Positions 45,531 to 54,924 of a stretch of 64,000 bases of DNA are shown piece by piece; position 1 is the stretch's first letter; every line of letters begins with the position of its first letter. The stretch covers positions 1 through 64,000 of the forward strand of contig JAZKFH010000046.1 in the NCBI GenBank assembly GCA_040386535.1, read 5' to 3'. This stretch comes from Myxococcota bacterium (GTDB taxonomy: Bacteria > Myxococcota_A > UBA796 > SXON01). Below the pieces are notes generated by a model. That model had not been told where the DNA came from and made no database searches. It worked only from the letters and a program-made list of their open reading frames with translations. The translations under genes were made by a program, and so were the position numbers.

Positions 45531-46178
45531 CTACTTGCCCTTTCCGCGCCCGCGGCTGCGGCCGTTCTGCTCGGCCATGAGGCGCTTGTAGCCGGGAAGG
45601 TCGGAGAGCTCGGGCAGCAGCACGATCTCGATGCGGCGGTTCTGGGCGCGGCCGCCGACCGAGCTGTTGGCGGCCACCGGCGCGTTGTCCGAGAAGGTGG
45701 CGGCGGAGATGTGGTCCTCCGGAAAGCCGTTCGCGACCATGTGCTGGGTGACGGCGATGGCGCGCGCGGCGCCGAGGTGCCAGTTGCTCGGGTACTGCGC
45801 GCTGTTGATGGGCTCGCTGTCGGTGTGGCCCTCGACCTGGAAGTCACGGTCGGCGACGCGGCGGGCGAGCAGCCGGGTGATGTCGGCGAGGTCCTTCTTG
45901 CCGGCGGCCGAGAGCTCGGACGAGCCGGAGGCGAACAACACGTCGGATGCGACGGCCAGGGTGATGCGACCATCGACCACCTCGACCTTGAGCAGGCCGC
46001 GGTCGATGAGGGGCTGGAAGTCCGCGAGGAGCTCCTTGAACGCCTTGAGCTGGGCCTCGGCCCGCGCGTCCAGCCGGTCGACCCGGGCCTGGAGCTTGGC
46101 GTACTTGGCGTTCGACACGCAGCCGACGTTGCCCATCGTGGAGACCGAGAGCGCGGCGATCAGGAGCCAATGGCGCAT
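45531..46178 (-). CDS. OmpA/MotB-family peptidoglycan-binding lipoprotein
   Basis: DVLFASGS, VEGHTD, SNWHLGAARA, NRRIEI; GGAGG upstream. Confidence 0.9.
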   Translation of the reverse strand: MRHWLLIAALSVSTMGNVGCVSNAKYAKLQARVDRLDARAEAQLKAFKELLADFQPLIDRGLLKVEVVDGRITLAVASDVLFASGSSELSAAGKKDLADITRLLARRVADRDFQVEGHTDSEPINSAQYPSNWHLGAARAIAVTQHMVANGFPEDHISAATFSDNAPVAANSSVGGRAQNRRIEIVLLPELSDLPGYKRLMAEQNGRSRGRGKGK

Positions 46179-46317
46179 GGGGACCTCCGGGCGCATGTAA
46201 CCGGGCGAATGCAACAGAGGTGCGTGCGAGCGGTCGGGAGCGAGATCGCCGACGATCCCGTGCGCGAGGGACGCCCGGCGGCCCGACCCCGAGCCCGGCG
46301 AGGGGGCGCGCCCCGCT

Positions 46318-46353
46318 CCCTCCGCTCCGAGATCACCCTCCGCTCCGAGATCA
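46318..46353. repeat. Exact 18-bp tandem duplication covering the CDF stop codon
   Basis: CCCTCCGCTCCGAGATCA x2. Confidence 0.8.
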
Positions 46354-47418
46354 GGGGTGGAAGCCCTCCTCCACGAAGTCCAACGGCTCGATCTGGATGG
46401 TGGTGTGGCCGATCTCGAAGCGGCTCCGCAACGAGGCGGCGAGGGTGCCGAGGAGCTCGTGACCATCCACCGTGCCGTCGACCACGACGTGGCAGCTCAT
46501 CGCGACCATGCCGCTGGTGATGGTCCACACGTGCAGATCGTGGACGGTGTGGACGCCGGGCGTGCCGCACATGGCGGAGCGCACGAGATCGACGTCGATG
46601 TGGGGCGGGCTGCCCTCCATCAGCACGTGGAGGGCCTCGTTCAGGAGCGCCCAGGAGGCGTGCAGCACGAGCAGCGCGATGGCGGCGGAGGCGACGGGGT
46701 CGGCCCAGGTCCAGCCCTTCCACCACACGAGGGCGCCGGCGACCAGCGCGCCGACGGAGCCGAGCGCGTCGGACAACACGTGGAGCCAGGCGCCGCGCAG
46801 GTTCATGTCCTGGTGGCGCCCGCCGGCGAGCACGGCGAGGCCGAGCAGGTTGACGACCAGGCCGCCGGCCGCGACGGCCATCATCAGGGGGCCGACGACG
46901 GGGGCGGGCTCGGCGAGGCGCTGCCACGCCTCCCAGAGGATGCCGATCGCGACGGCCACGAGCGCGCCACCGTTGACGACGGCGGCGATCACCTCGGCGC
47001 GATGGAAGCCGTAGGTGCGCGTGGAGGTGGGCGGGCGGCGGGCCATGCGCAGCGCGAACAGCGCGATGGCGAGCGCCGCGGCGTCGGAGGCCATGTGGCC
47101 GGCGTCGGCGAGCAGCGCCAACGAGCCCGACCAGAGCCCGCCGAACAGCTCGACGAAGATGTAGCCGACGACCAGCACGAGCATCGCGATCAGGCGGCGT
47201 TCGTTGCCGGGGGTGCGCAGGTGGCCGTGGGCGTGCCCGTGGTCGTGGCCGTGCCCCGCGGCGGGTGCGGGAGCAACGGCGGCGGCGTGGCCGCGGTCCG
47301 TATGATCGGCGTGCCCGTGGTTGGCGTGCCCGTGGTCGGAGTGGTCGTGCCCGCCGTGATCGTGGTCGGCGTGGTCGTGGCCGCCGTGGTCGTGCCCGCG
47401 GTGGGGATCGTTCGCCAT
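46351..47418 (-). CDS. Cation diffusion facilitator (CzcD/ZitB-like) with His-rich N-terminus
   Basis: SLALLADAGHMASD, TYGFHRAE, NLRGAWLHVLSD, HDLHVW, HTTIQIE. Confidence 0.93.
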   Translation of the reverse strand: MANDPHRGHDHGGHDHADHDHGGHDHSDHGHANHGHADHTDRGHAAAVAPAPAAGHGHDHGHAHGHLRTPGNERRLIAMLVLVVGYIFVELFGGLWSGSLALLADAGHMASDAAALAIALFALRMARRPPTSTRTYGFHRAEVIAAVVNGGALVAVAIGILWEAWQRLAEPAPVVGPLMMAVAAGGLVVNLLGLAVLAGGRHQDMNLRGAWLHVLSDALGSVGALVAGALVWWKGWTWADPVASAAIALLVLHASWALLNEALHVLMEGSPPHIDVDLVRSAMCGTPGVHTVHDLHVWTITSGMVAMSCHVVVDGTVDGHELLGTLAASLRSRFEIGHTTIQIEPLDFVEEGFHP

Positions 47419-47466
47419 GTGGGCGGCTAACCGTTCGGACCCGCGGCCGTGGTATCCTGGCCCGGC

Positions 47467-48219
47467 ATGCTGCTCGCCCTCCTCCTCGTGGCCTGTTCGA
47501 ATCCCCCCGAAGAGACTCCGCCGGAGATGGAGGAGCTCGTCTGGATGCTCCTCCGTGACTTCGGCACGGAGGACGCGGTGGGCGAGGCCGAGTACCTCGC
47601 CGCCTGGATGGACGAGGAGATCCAGTCGCCCGAGGAGGGCTACGCCGTGGAGACCCCCGCCACGACCTACGTCGAGGCGCTGGAATTCAGCCCCAACCTG
47701 GAGCTCGGCAACATGTCGGGCGGGCTCGTGATCCGGCGGGTGCGCGGCACGCTCGACGCGTACATGGCGGTGGTGCCGGAGCCCGATCAGAGCTTCGCCG
47801 ACAGCAGCTACGACCGGTGGGACCGCACGATCGCGAACGGCAGCGAGGCCGCGTGGGCCGACCGCGAGGACCTCGTCGCGGACGATGCGATCGAGAAGAA
47901 CGGCGGCTTCGGCATCGTGCTGCCCTACCCGATGTTGCGGCAGTTCCGGTGGGTGGAGCTCGAGCGCGGCCCCTCGGTGATCACCCACAGCGTGATCTAC
48001 GACGAGGGCTGGGCGGACGAAAGCAACGGCATCGTCGGCGGGTTCACGATCGAGGTGCTGCTGCCCGACGGGGACGACATGCTCTGGCTCAACTGCACGT
48101 GGACCCAGGTGATCAGCATCGTCGGCGACAACCCGGAGTTTTACACGAACCAGATCATCAACGGCTCGACCGACGTGATGATCGGGACGGAGCTGTACGT
48201 GTCGGGCCCCGAAGAATAG
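47467..48219 (+). CDS. Hypothetical lipoprotein
   Basis: MLLALLLVAC; strong GC3 codon bias; TATCCT 8 nt upstream. Confidence 0.75.
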   Translation: MLLALLLVACSNPPEETPPEMEELVWMLLRDFGTEDAVGEAEYLAAWMDEEIQSPEEGYAVETPATTYVEALEFSPNLELGNMSGGLVIRRVRGTLDAYMAVVPEPDQSFADSSYDRWDRTIANGSEAAWADREDLVADDAIEKNGGFGIVLPYPMLRQFRWVELERGPSVITHSVIYDEGWADESNGIVGGFTIEVLLPDGDDMLWLNCTWTQVISIVGDNPEFYTNQIINGSTDVMIGTELYVSGPEE

Positions 48220-48232
48220 CGGAGGAGTGACG

Positions 48233-48688
48233 ATGGCGCGTGTACTCACGACGACCGAGGAGATCCGCGCGGTGCTCGAGCGCTCGCGCGTGGTCGCGGT
48301 GCTCGGGGCCCACTCCGATCCGGGGCGTCCCGCGTTCTACGTGCCCGACTACCTGCACGGCGTGGGCGCCCGCATCCTGCCCGTGAACCCCGCGCTCGTC
48401 GGGCAGACCTTGTGGGGCGAGCCCGTGCGGGCCACGCTCAGCGAGCTCGGTGTGCCGGTCGACGTGGTGGACGTGTTCCGCCGCTCCGAGGCGCTCGCCG
48501 GCCATCTCGACGATCTGCTGGGGATGAACCCCGCGCCGGCCGTGGTGTGGATGCAGCAGGGCATCCGGGACGACGTGGTGGCGGCGCGGCTCGTCGCGGC
48601 GGGCATCGACGTGGTGCAGGACCGCTGCATGCTCGCGGACCATCGCCGCATGGGGCTCGGGCGGATCACCGCGGGCGCGATCCCGTAG
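48233..48688 (+). CDS. CoA-binding protein (YccU-like)
   Basis: VAVLGA..RPAFYVPDYL..PVNP..VDVFRR..VWMQQGI..DRC; GGAGG RBS. Confidence 0.9.
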   Translation: MARVLTTTEEIRAVLERSRVVAVLGAHSDPGRPAFYVPDYLHGVGARILPVNPALVGQTLWGEPVRATLSELGVPVDVVDVFRRSEALAGHLDDLLGMNPAPAVVWMQQGIRDDVVAARLVAAGIDVVQDRCMLADHRRMGLGRITAGAIP

Positions 48689-48828
48689 GGTCACGAGACG
48701 TTTGTGTCACGGGCCGGGGGGAACCGCTCGATTTAGCGGTGGGAAGTTCGCAGAGCGAGGTCCGTGTCTATGACGTGGAGGGAGGCACACTGGCCCCTGG
48801 AGGCACGCTGGCCCCTGACAGGCGACCG

Positions 48829-50913
48829 GTGAAGGCGCGGCACGGCGTGGGGAAGCGCCGCGGGATCCGGGTCTCCGGCAAGGAACGTGGGATCGTGCGC
48901 CGCGTCCCCGCGGTCCTCTGGGAGCGGGACGGGCAGACGGGGCGCTTCACCTACGTGAGCGAGGAGGCCTCCCGCATCCTCGGGGTGCCCGCGCGGGAGT
49001 GGACGGAGCGGGTCACCTTCTGGCGCGACCACGTCCACCCTGACGATCGGGAGGGAGCCGAGCGCAGCTTCCATGCCGACGTCCAGCAGGGGTGCGGGTA
49101 CTCGATCGAGTACCGGATGTTGGCGGCGGACGGGCGCGTCGTGTGGGTGCGCGACGTGATGAGCGTGGTGTTCGCCCACGGTCGGCCCGCGCGTGCCTAT
49201 GGCGTACTGGTGGACGTGACGGCGCGGAAGTTGTTGGAGGCGGAGCAGGCCCAGCAGCAGGTGCGGCTGCGCCGCGAGAACGCCGTGCTGCTCGAGATCG
49301 CCGAGAAGGAGACCCTGCACCTCGGGGACCTCGACGCGGCGCTGCGGCTCATCACCGAGGCCGCGGCGCGGGCGATGGAGGTGCGCCGTGCCAGCTTCTG
49401 GACGTTCGACGACGCGCAGATGTGTTGCCGCGACCTCTACGAGCGGCCGGACGTCGAGACCCGCGAGGGGCAGCACACCGGCGGGACGGTGATCTCCGCC
49501 GCCACCTACCCCAGGTACTTCGCCGCCCTGGGTGCCGGCCGCGCCATCGCCGCGGCAGATGCCCGCCAGGATCCGCGCACCAGCGAGCTCGTGGAGTACC
49601 TCGACCTGCACGGCATCCGCTCGATGCTCGACGCGCCGGTGCGCGTGGGCGGGCGGGTGGCGGGGGTGTTGTGCCTCGAGCACATGGGCGATCCGCGCCC
49701 GTGGATGCCCGACGAGGAGCAGTTCGCCGGCACCCTCGCGGACCTCATCGCGCTGGCGATGGAGGCGCGCAAGCGCAAGGAGGCCGAGGCCGCGTTGCGG
49801 ACGCGGGAGGCGCAGTCCCGCGCGGTGCTGGGCGCCTCCCCCGACGCCATCGTCATGGTCGACGCCGACCGGCGCGTGGTCGAGTTCAACCGCGCCGCCG
49901 AGGCGATGTTCGGGCACACGCGGACCGAGATGCTCGGCCGGAACCTCGTCGACACGATCGTCCCGCCGCGGCTGCGCGAGGACATGTTCGCGCTGGGGAC
50001 GCGCCTACGCGCGAGCGTCGGGCTCGGCAGCGAGGCCGTCGTCGACCTGGTCGGGCTCCGTGCCGACGGGACGGAATTCCCGCTCGAGATCCGCGTGTTC
50101 GGCGTGCCGGACGACCAGGGGACGCTGATGGGCGGCTTCTTGCGCGACATGACGGGCGCGCCCGTGCACCTGGAGACCGATCTCGAGGCGCTCATCGAGG
50201 CGCGCACGCGGGACGTCCGCGCGGCGATGCTGGAGATGGAGGCGTTCAGCTACACCGTGTCGCACGACTTGCGCGCGCCGATCCGCGCCATCGACGCGTT
50301 CGCCCAGCTCCTCTCCGACGAGTGCGGCGACCAGCTCGGCGAGCGCGGCGAGCGGTATCTCCAGCGCATCCGCGCGGCCGCGCGGCGCCTCTCCATCCTC
50401 GTGAACGACTTCATCCTGCTCGCGCGGGTCGCCTCCACCGAGCTCTCCCGCGTGCCGGTCGACCTGTCGGCCTTGAGCCACGTGATCGTCGACGAGCTGC
50501 GCCAGGCCTCGCCCGACCGGCGCGTGACGTTCCACATCGACGAGCGCTTGGAGGCCCGGGGCGACCCCGGCCTGCTCCGCATCCTCCTCGAGAACCTGAT
50601 CGGGAACGCCTGGAAGTTCACCTCCCACCACCCCACCGCCACCATCACGCTCGGCGCCGCCGAGGTGGGCGGCGAGGTCGTGTACACCTTGCAAGACGAC
50701 GGCGCGGGCTTCGATCCCAGCTACGCCGACCGCCTGTTCCGCCCCTTCTCGCGCCTCCACGGCTCCGGGGAGTTCGACGGGACGGGCATCGGCCTCGCCA
50801 TCGCCCGCAAGATCGTGGAGCGGCACGGCGGGCGGATCTGGGCCGAGGGCGCGGTGGAGGGGGGCGCGTCGTTCCAGTTCACGCTGGGGGCGGCGGCGGC
50901 GGCGGAGGGGTAG
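48829..50913 (+). CDS. Cytoplasmic PAS-GAF-PAS sensor histidine kinase
   Basis: VHPDDRE..EYRM..WVRD, SMLDAPV..LCLEH, FSYTVSHDLRAP, NLIGNAWKFT, GTGIGLA; start uncertain. Confidence 0.88.
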   Translation: MKARHGVGKRRGIRVSGKERGIVRRVPAVLWERDGQTGRFTYVSEEASRILGVPAREWTERVTFWRDHVHPDDREGAERSFHADVQQGCGYSIEYRMLAADGRVVWVRDVMSVVFAHGRPARAYGVLVDVTARKLLEAEQAQQQVRLRRENAVLLEIAEKETLHLGDLDAALRLITEAAARAMEVRRASFWTFDDAQMCCRDLYERPDVETREGQHTGGTVISAATYPRYFAALGAGRAIAAADARQDPRTSELVEYLDLHGIRSMLDAPVRVGGRVAGVLCLEHMGDPRPWMPDEEQFAGTLADLIALAMEARKRKEAEAALRTREAQSRAVLGASPDAIVMVDADRRVVEFNRAAEAMFGHTRTEMLGRNLVDTIVPPRLREDMFALGTRLRASVGLGSEAVVDLVGLRADGTEFPLEIRVFGVPDDQGTLMGGFLRDMTGAPVHLETDLEALIEARTRDVRAAMLEMEAFSYTVSHDLRAPIRAIDAFAQLLSDECGDQLGERGERYLQRIRAAARRLSILVNDFILLARVASTELSRVPVDLSALSHVIVDELRQASPDRRVTFHIDERLEARGDPGLLRILLENLIGNAWKFTSHHPTATITLGAAEVGGEVVYTLQDDGAGFDPSYADRLFRPFSRLHGSGEFDGTGIGLAIARKIVERHGGRIWAEGAVEGGASFQFTLGAAAAAEG

Positions 50914-50951
50914 GGCGTGGCGGTGCGGCCCACGATCGCGTAGCTTCGGGC

Positions 50952-51578
50952 ATGCTCTTTCTGCTCGTTGCCTGCGCGCCCGACGCCCCGTGTCCCGACG
51001 GCGCTACCCGCCGGGACGACGGCCTCTGCTACGTGGAGGCGGTCGCGCGCGGCCCCACGGCGGACGAGGTGGTCGCGGCGCTGCCCGCGTGCACCCTCGA
51101 TGCCGCGGAGGGCAACGGGCGCCTCGACCTCGACGGCCACTGTGTCGACGGGGCGTGTGCCGGGGACTCGTACGCGGACATGAACGCGGGAGTGGGGGAG
51201 GAGGGCTACTGTGACGGCGGGGCGCTGTTCGTGGACGGGAGCACCGAGCCGTACGCGCACGCCGAGTGGTCGCCGGGGTTCTGGACCTACTTCCCCGCCA
51301 TCGAGGGGACCGTAGAGCCCTACGACTACGCCCCGGACCCTGACGTGCCGACGGGCTCGCCGATCCATACCTACGACGGCTACACCGGGACCACCGCGGA
51401 GGGGCTCGGGGTCGGCAGCCCGCTGTCCTGCTGGGTCGACACGCTCGGGGTGCCCGAGATCCTTGAGTTCCAGTGGGAGGACGGCGAGCCGGCGCTCTTC
51501 GGCGCGTGGTGGCAGGAGCGGGGCGTCAGCCTCTACTACCTCGACACCGAGCCCGTGCTGGAACTGGAGGCGCGATGA
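50952..51578 (+). CDS. Cys-rich hypothetical lipoprotein
   Basis: MLFLLVAC; paralog of the next gene. Confidence 0.72.
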   Translation: MLFLLVACAPDAPCPDGATRRDDGLCYVEAVARGPTADEVVAALPACTLDAAEGNGRLDLDGHCVDGACAGDSYADMNAGVGEEGYCDGGALFVDGSTEPYAHAEWSPGFWTYFPAIEGTVEPYDYAPDPDVPTGSPIHTYDGYTGTTAEGLGVGSPLSCWVDTLGVPEILEFQWEDGEPALFGAWWQERGVSLYYLDTEPVLELEAR

Positions 51579-52192
51579 TCCTGCTCCTGGCATGCGCGCC
51601 CGCCCCCGACTGCGCGGAGGGGTACACCGCCCAGGCCGACGGCACCTGCCTCGGCGAGGCGACCGCGCCGTTCAGCGGGGGCGACACGATGGACGAGGTG
51701 CTCGACGCGCTGGCGCCCTGCGTGCCGATGGCCGCGAGCGACCGCGTAGATCTGGACGGCGCCTGTGTCGACGGCGCCTGCGCCAGAAGCACGTTCGCCG
51801 AGCTCGATGAGGCCCTGGGAGGGACGGGGGTGTGCGTCTCGGCCGACGACGACCCCCTTCAGGCCGTGTACGCCCGGTGCACGTGGCCGGTGGGGATCGA
51901 AGCCGCGTTCAACGACCGCGATGACGACGGCGTGCCCGACGCGGACGCGCTCGCCTACCCCCTCCGCCTCGTGGCCCCCTACGACGGCGCGACCCCCGAC
52001 GGCCTCGGCCTGGATGCGGGCTTCGCTTGTTTCGTCGACGCGTTCGGCACCCCTGACTCGGTGTCGCTCGTGAACGACGGCGAGAATTGGTGGCCGGGTG
52101 GGTTCTGGTGGCGAACCGACAACGTGTGGCTGGGCTGGAGCCCGGAGAGCGGCCCCTGGGACGGGACCCCGTCGTGGATGTGGGTGATTTAG
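51575..52192 (+). CDS. Cys-rich hypothetical lipoprotein, tandem paralog
   Basis: MILLLAC; RVDLDGACVDGACA vs RLDLDGHCVDGACA; GLGLDAGFACFVDAFGTP vs GLGVGSPLSCWVDTLGVP. Confidence 0.72.
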   Translation: MILLLACAPAPDCAEGYTAQADGTCLGEATAPFSGGDTMDEVLDALAPCVPMAASDRVDLDGACVDGACARSTFAELDEALGGTGVCVSADDDPLQAVYARCTWPVGIEAAFNDRDDDGVPDADALAYPLRLVAPYDGATPDGLGLDAGFACFVDAFGTPDSVSLVNDGENWWPGGFWWRTDNVWLGWSPESGPWDGTPSWMWVI

Positions 52193-52193
52193 T

Positions 52194-52327
52194 GCGCCAG
52201 GCGCCTGGAGGGCGGCCGGGTCCGCCCGGCCGGTCCGGCCCGGCCGCCGCTCGGGGCGGACGGGCCGACCGAGCGGCTTCGCCGCGAGCCCGGAAGGGGC
52301 CGCCGCCGGCCCTGCGGCGGGGCGCCC
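52194..52327 (+). repeat. Dispersed structured element, copy D
   Basis: GCGCCAGGCGCCTGGAGGGC..CGGTCCGG..CCGACCGAG-CGGCTTCGCCG-CGAGCCCGGAAGG..GCGCCC; fills the gap between convergent genes. Confidence 0.75.
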
Positions 52328-52340
52328 GGAACGTCGCGAC

Positions 52341-54830
52341 CTACTTGAGCTCGACCACCGTGTACGCGTCGCCACCCTCGTCGACATCGGCGGGGCGCCA
52401 CGCGCTGGCGTAGCGGCACTTGGGGAGCCACTGGCGCACGGCGATCTTGAGCGCGCCGGTGCCGTGGCCGTGCAGGAGGAACACGGGGCTCAGCCGCTGC
52501 ATCGAGAGCTTGTCGAGGAAGCGCTCGGCGATGTCGATGGCGTCCTCCGCGCGCAGGCCGCGCAGATCGACGGTGTTGGCGCTGGTGCGCACCCGCGCGG
52601 TCGCGACGTCGCGGGTGGGCTCGGCCACGCGGGAGGCGCGGCTGTAGTCCTCGCGCTCGGCCTCGCGATCCTCGGCGTCCTCACGCGCGCGGGCCTCGCG
52701 GCGGCGCTCCTCGCGGGCCTGGTCCTCGGCGCGGCGGTCCTGGCGCACCTGCGGATCCGTCTTGCCGATGAGCACCTTGCCGGTCACGCCGACGGGGCCG
52801 GTGCGCGCGGCCTTGGCGCCGAGCTGCTCGATCTGGTGGCGGGGCACGCGCACGCGCACGGCGCCGACCTGCACCTCGACCTGCTCGCCCGCGGAGAGCA
52901 CCTTGCCGACCTGCCCGATCGATCGGACGCGCACCCGGTCGCCGACCTCGATGTCCGCGGCGGGGGGGGGCGGCGGGGGCGGCACGGCGAGGGGCGCCTT
53001 GACCTCGGCCAGGGCGGCGCGGATGTCGGAGAGCGCCGTGCCCGCGGCCTTCAGATCGGCGCCGGCCTGGAGCGCGGCGACCATCGTGCGCACCTCCTCC
53101 TCGCGACGCTTCAGGCGCGTGGCGGTCTTCTCGGTGAGCGCGGCGACGCGCTTCTCGCTGTCGCGCACGATGCGGGACTCGGCCTCGGCGAGCCGGCGAT
53201 CGCGGTCGGCGAGCTGCCGCTCCAACGCGACGATCGCGTCGCCACGCCGGCGCACTTCCGCGCGCTCCTCGGTGAGCCGCTCCAGGCGGTCGGCCAGCTC
53301 GCGGGCGCTCTCGTCGAGCAGCTCGCGCGCGCGGATGAGGATGCCCTCGGGCAGGCCGAGGCGCTGGGCCATGGCGAGCGCGTAGGACGGGCCGGGCACG
53401 CCGAACTCGAGCTTGTAGGTTGGCTTTCCGTCGGCGTACTGCGCCGCCGCGACCACGAAGCGGTGGTCGTTGACCGCCTTGAGCTCGGGGTAGTGCGTCG
53501 TGACCGCGACACGCGCGCCGGCGTCGACCACGGCCTCGAGCACCGCGCGGGCGAGCGCCGCACCTTGCGCCGGGTCGGTGCCGACGGCGACCTCGTCGAG
53601 GAGCACGAGCGCGCCGGGCTTGGAGCCGGCGATGGCGACCTTGAGCGCGCCCACGTGCGCCGAGAAGGTGGAGAGCCCGCCCTCGACGGACTGCGCGTCG
53701 CCCACGTCGGCGAGGATGGGGTCGAAGAAGTCGACGCGGCTGCCCGGCTCGGCGGGCACGGGGATCGCGGCGCGCACGAGCAGCGCGGCGAGCCCGAGCG
53801 TCTTGAGCGCGACGGTCTTGCCGCCGGCGTTGGGGCCGGTGAGCACCAGGCCGGGGTGCTCGGTCGTGAGCGACAGATCGTTCGCCACGACGTCGCCCTT
53901 CAGGGCGAGCACGGGGTGGCGCGACTCGTACAGGAAGATCACCCCGTCCGTGCCGACCTTGGGGATGGTGCCGCGCAGCTCGGCGCCGAGGCCGGCGCGT
54001 GCGCACGCGAGATCGATCGTGGTGGCGATCTCGATGCCGACGAGGATCTCGTGGTGCTTCACCGCGACGGCGCGCGTGAGCTCGGCGAGGATGCGCCGCT
54101 CGGCGCGCAACAGCTCGCCCTCGGTCATGCGCAGCTCGTTGTGCATCTCGACGACCACGGCGGGCTCGACCCACGCGGTCTCGCCGGACTGCGACGTGCC
54201 GTGCATGATGCCGAGCCCGCGCCGCGCGCCCATCTTGACCGGCACCACGAACCGCCCCTCCCGCTCCGTGAAGAAGCGGTCCATCAGCGTGTCGCCCCAG
54301 TCGTCGCCGCGCACGATCTCGTCGAGCGTGCTGCGGATGCGGTCGCGCAGGTGATCGATGCGGCGGCGCATGGTGCCGAGCTCGGGCCAGCGCTGCTCGG
54401 AGAGGTTGCCCTGCGGGTCGAACGCGGTGGAGAGGGTGGCGATGAGCGCGGGGTCGAGCGTGATGTTGCGCGCCTGGCCCGCCACGCGCGGGGCCTCGCG
54501 GGCGTTCTCCTCGCCCCAGCGGTGAAGCGCCTGCATCGCGAGCAGCGACGTCAGGATGCCGCGCAGCTCGGCCGGCTCCAGGGTGGCGCCGCGGGCGGCC
54601 CGCTCGACCTCCTCGACCACGTCGACCACGCCGCCGACGGGCACACGGTCACCCTCTTCCTCGACCGCCAACACCTCGGCCACCTCGGCGTACCGATCGC
54701 GCGCTTCTTCCGCTGACTCGGCGAGCGTGAGCGCGGAAGCGCGGTCCATGCCGCGCGGGGTGCGGGCGTGGCGGGCGAGCGCGGCGAGGAGCACGTCCCA
54801 ATCGAGGGCGGCGAGGGTGCGGTCCGACAT
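52341..54830 (-). CDS. mutS2: MutS2 (MutS ATPase, coiled coil, KOW-like, Smr)
   Basis: LTGPNAGGKTVALKT, LSTFSAH, LLDEVAVGTDP, TTHYPELK, DLRGLR..HGHGTGAL..GGDAYTVV. Confidence 0.95.
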   Translation of the reverse strand: MSDRTLAALDWDVLLAALARHARTPRGMDRASALTLAESAEEARDRYAEVAEVLAVEEEGDRVPVGGVVDVVEEVERAARGATLEPAELRGILTSLLAMQALHRWGEENAREAPRVAGQARNITLDPALIATLSTAFDPQGNLSEQRWPELGTMRRRIDHLRDRIRSTLDEIVRGDDWGDTLMDRFFTEREGRFVVPVKMGARRGLGIMHGTSQSGETAWVEPAVVVEMHNELRMTEGELLRAERRILAELTRAVAVKHHEILVGIEIATTIDLACARAGLGAELRGTIPKVGTDGVIFLYESRHPVLALKGDVVANDLSLTTEHPGLVLTGPNAGGKTVALKTLGLAALLVRAAIPVPAEPGSRVDFFDPILADVGDAQSVEGGLSTFSAHVGALKVAIAGSKPGALVLLDEVAVGTDPAQGAALARAVLEAVVDAGARVAVTTHYPELKAVNDHRFVVAAAQYADGKPTYKLEFGVPGPSYALAMAQRLGLPEGILIRARELLDESARELADRLERLTEERAEVRRRGDAIVALERQLADRDRRLAEAESRIVRDSEKRVAALTEKTATRLKRREEEVRTMVAALQAGADLKAAGTALSDIRAALAEVKAPLAVPPPPPPPAADIEVGDRVRVRSIGQVGKVLSAGEQVEVQVGAVRVRVPRHQIEQLGAKAARTGPVGVTGKVLIGKTDPQVRQDRRAEDQAREERRREARAREDAEDREAEREDYSRASRVAEPTRDVATARVRTSANTVDLRGLRAEDAIDIAERFLDKLSMQRLSPVFLLHGHGTGALKIAVRQWLPKCRYASAWRPADVDEGGDAYTVVELK

Positions 54831-54924
54831 TGTCCTGGCCTTCCGAGCGCGGCCCTCTACCCGGGATCGGGTCGCGGGGGGAGGCCCTCCCCGGATGATG
54901 TAGGATCGGGCCAGGAGGCCTCGC

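Noticed and set aside
52194..52327. Rho-independent terminator, tRNA, SRP RNA or known self-cleaving ribozyme as the identity of the dispersed element
   Set aside because: No U-tract, no tRNA T/D-loop consensus, no SRP domain IV motif and no hammerhead or group II domain V core was recognised by eye; a formal Rfam scan is still needed.
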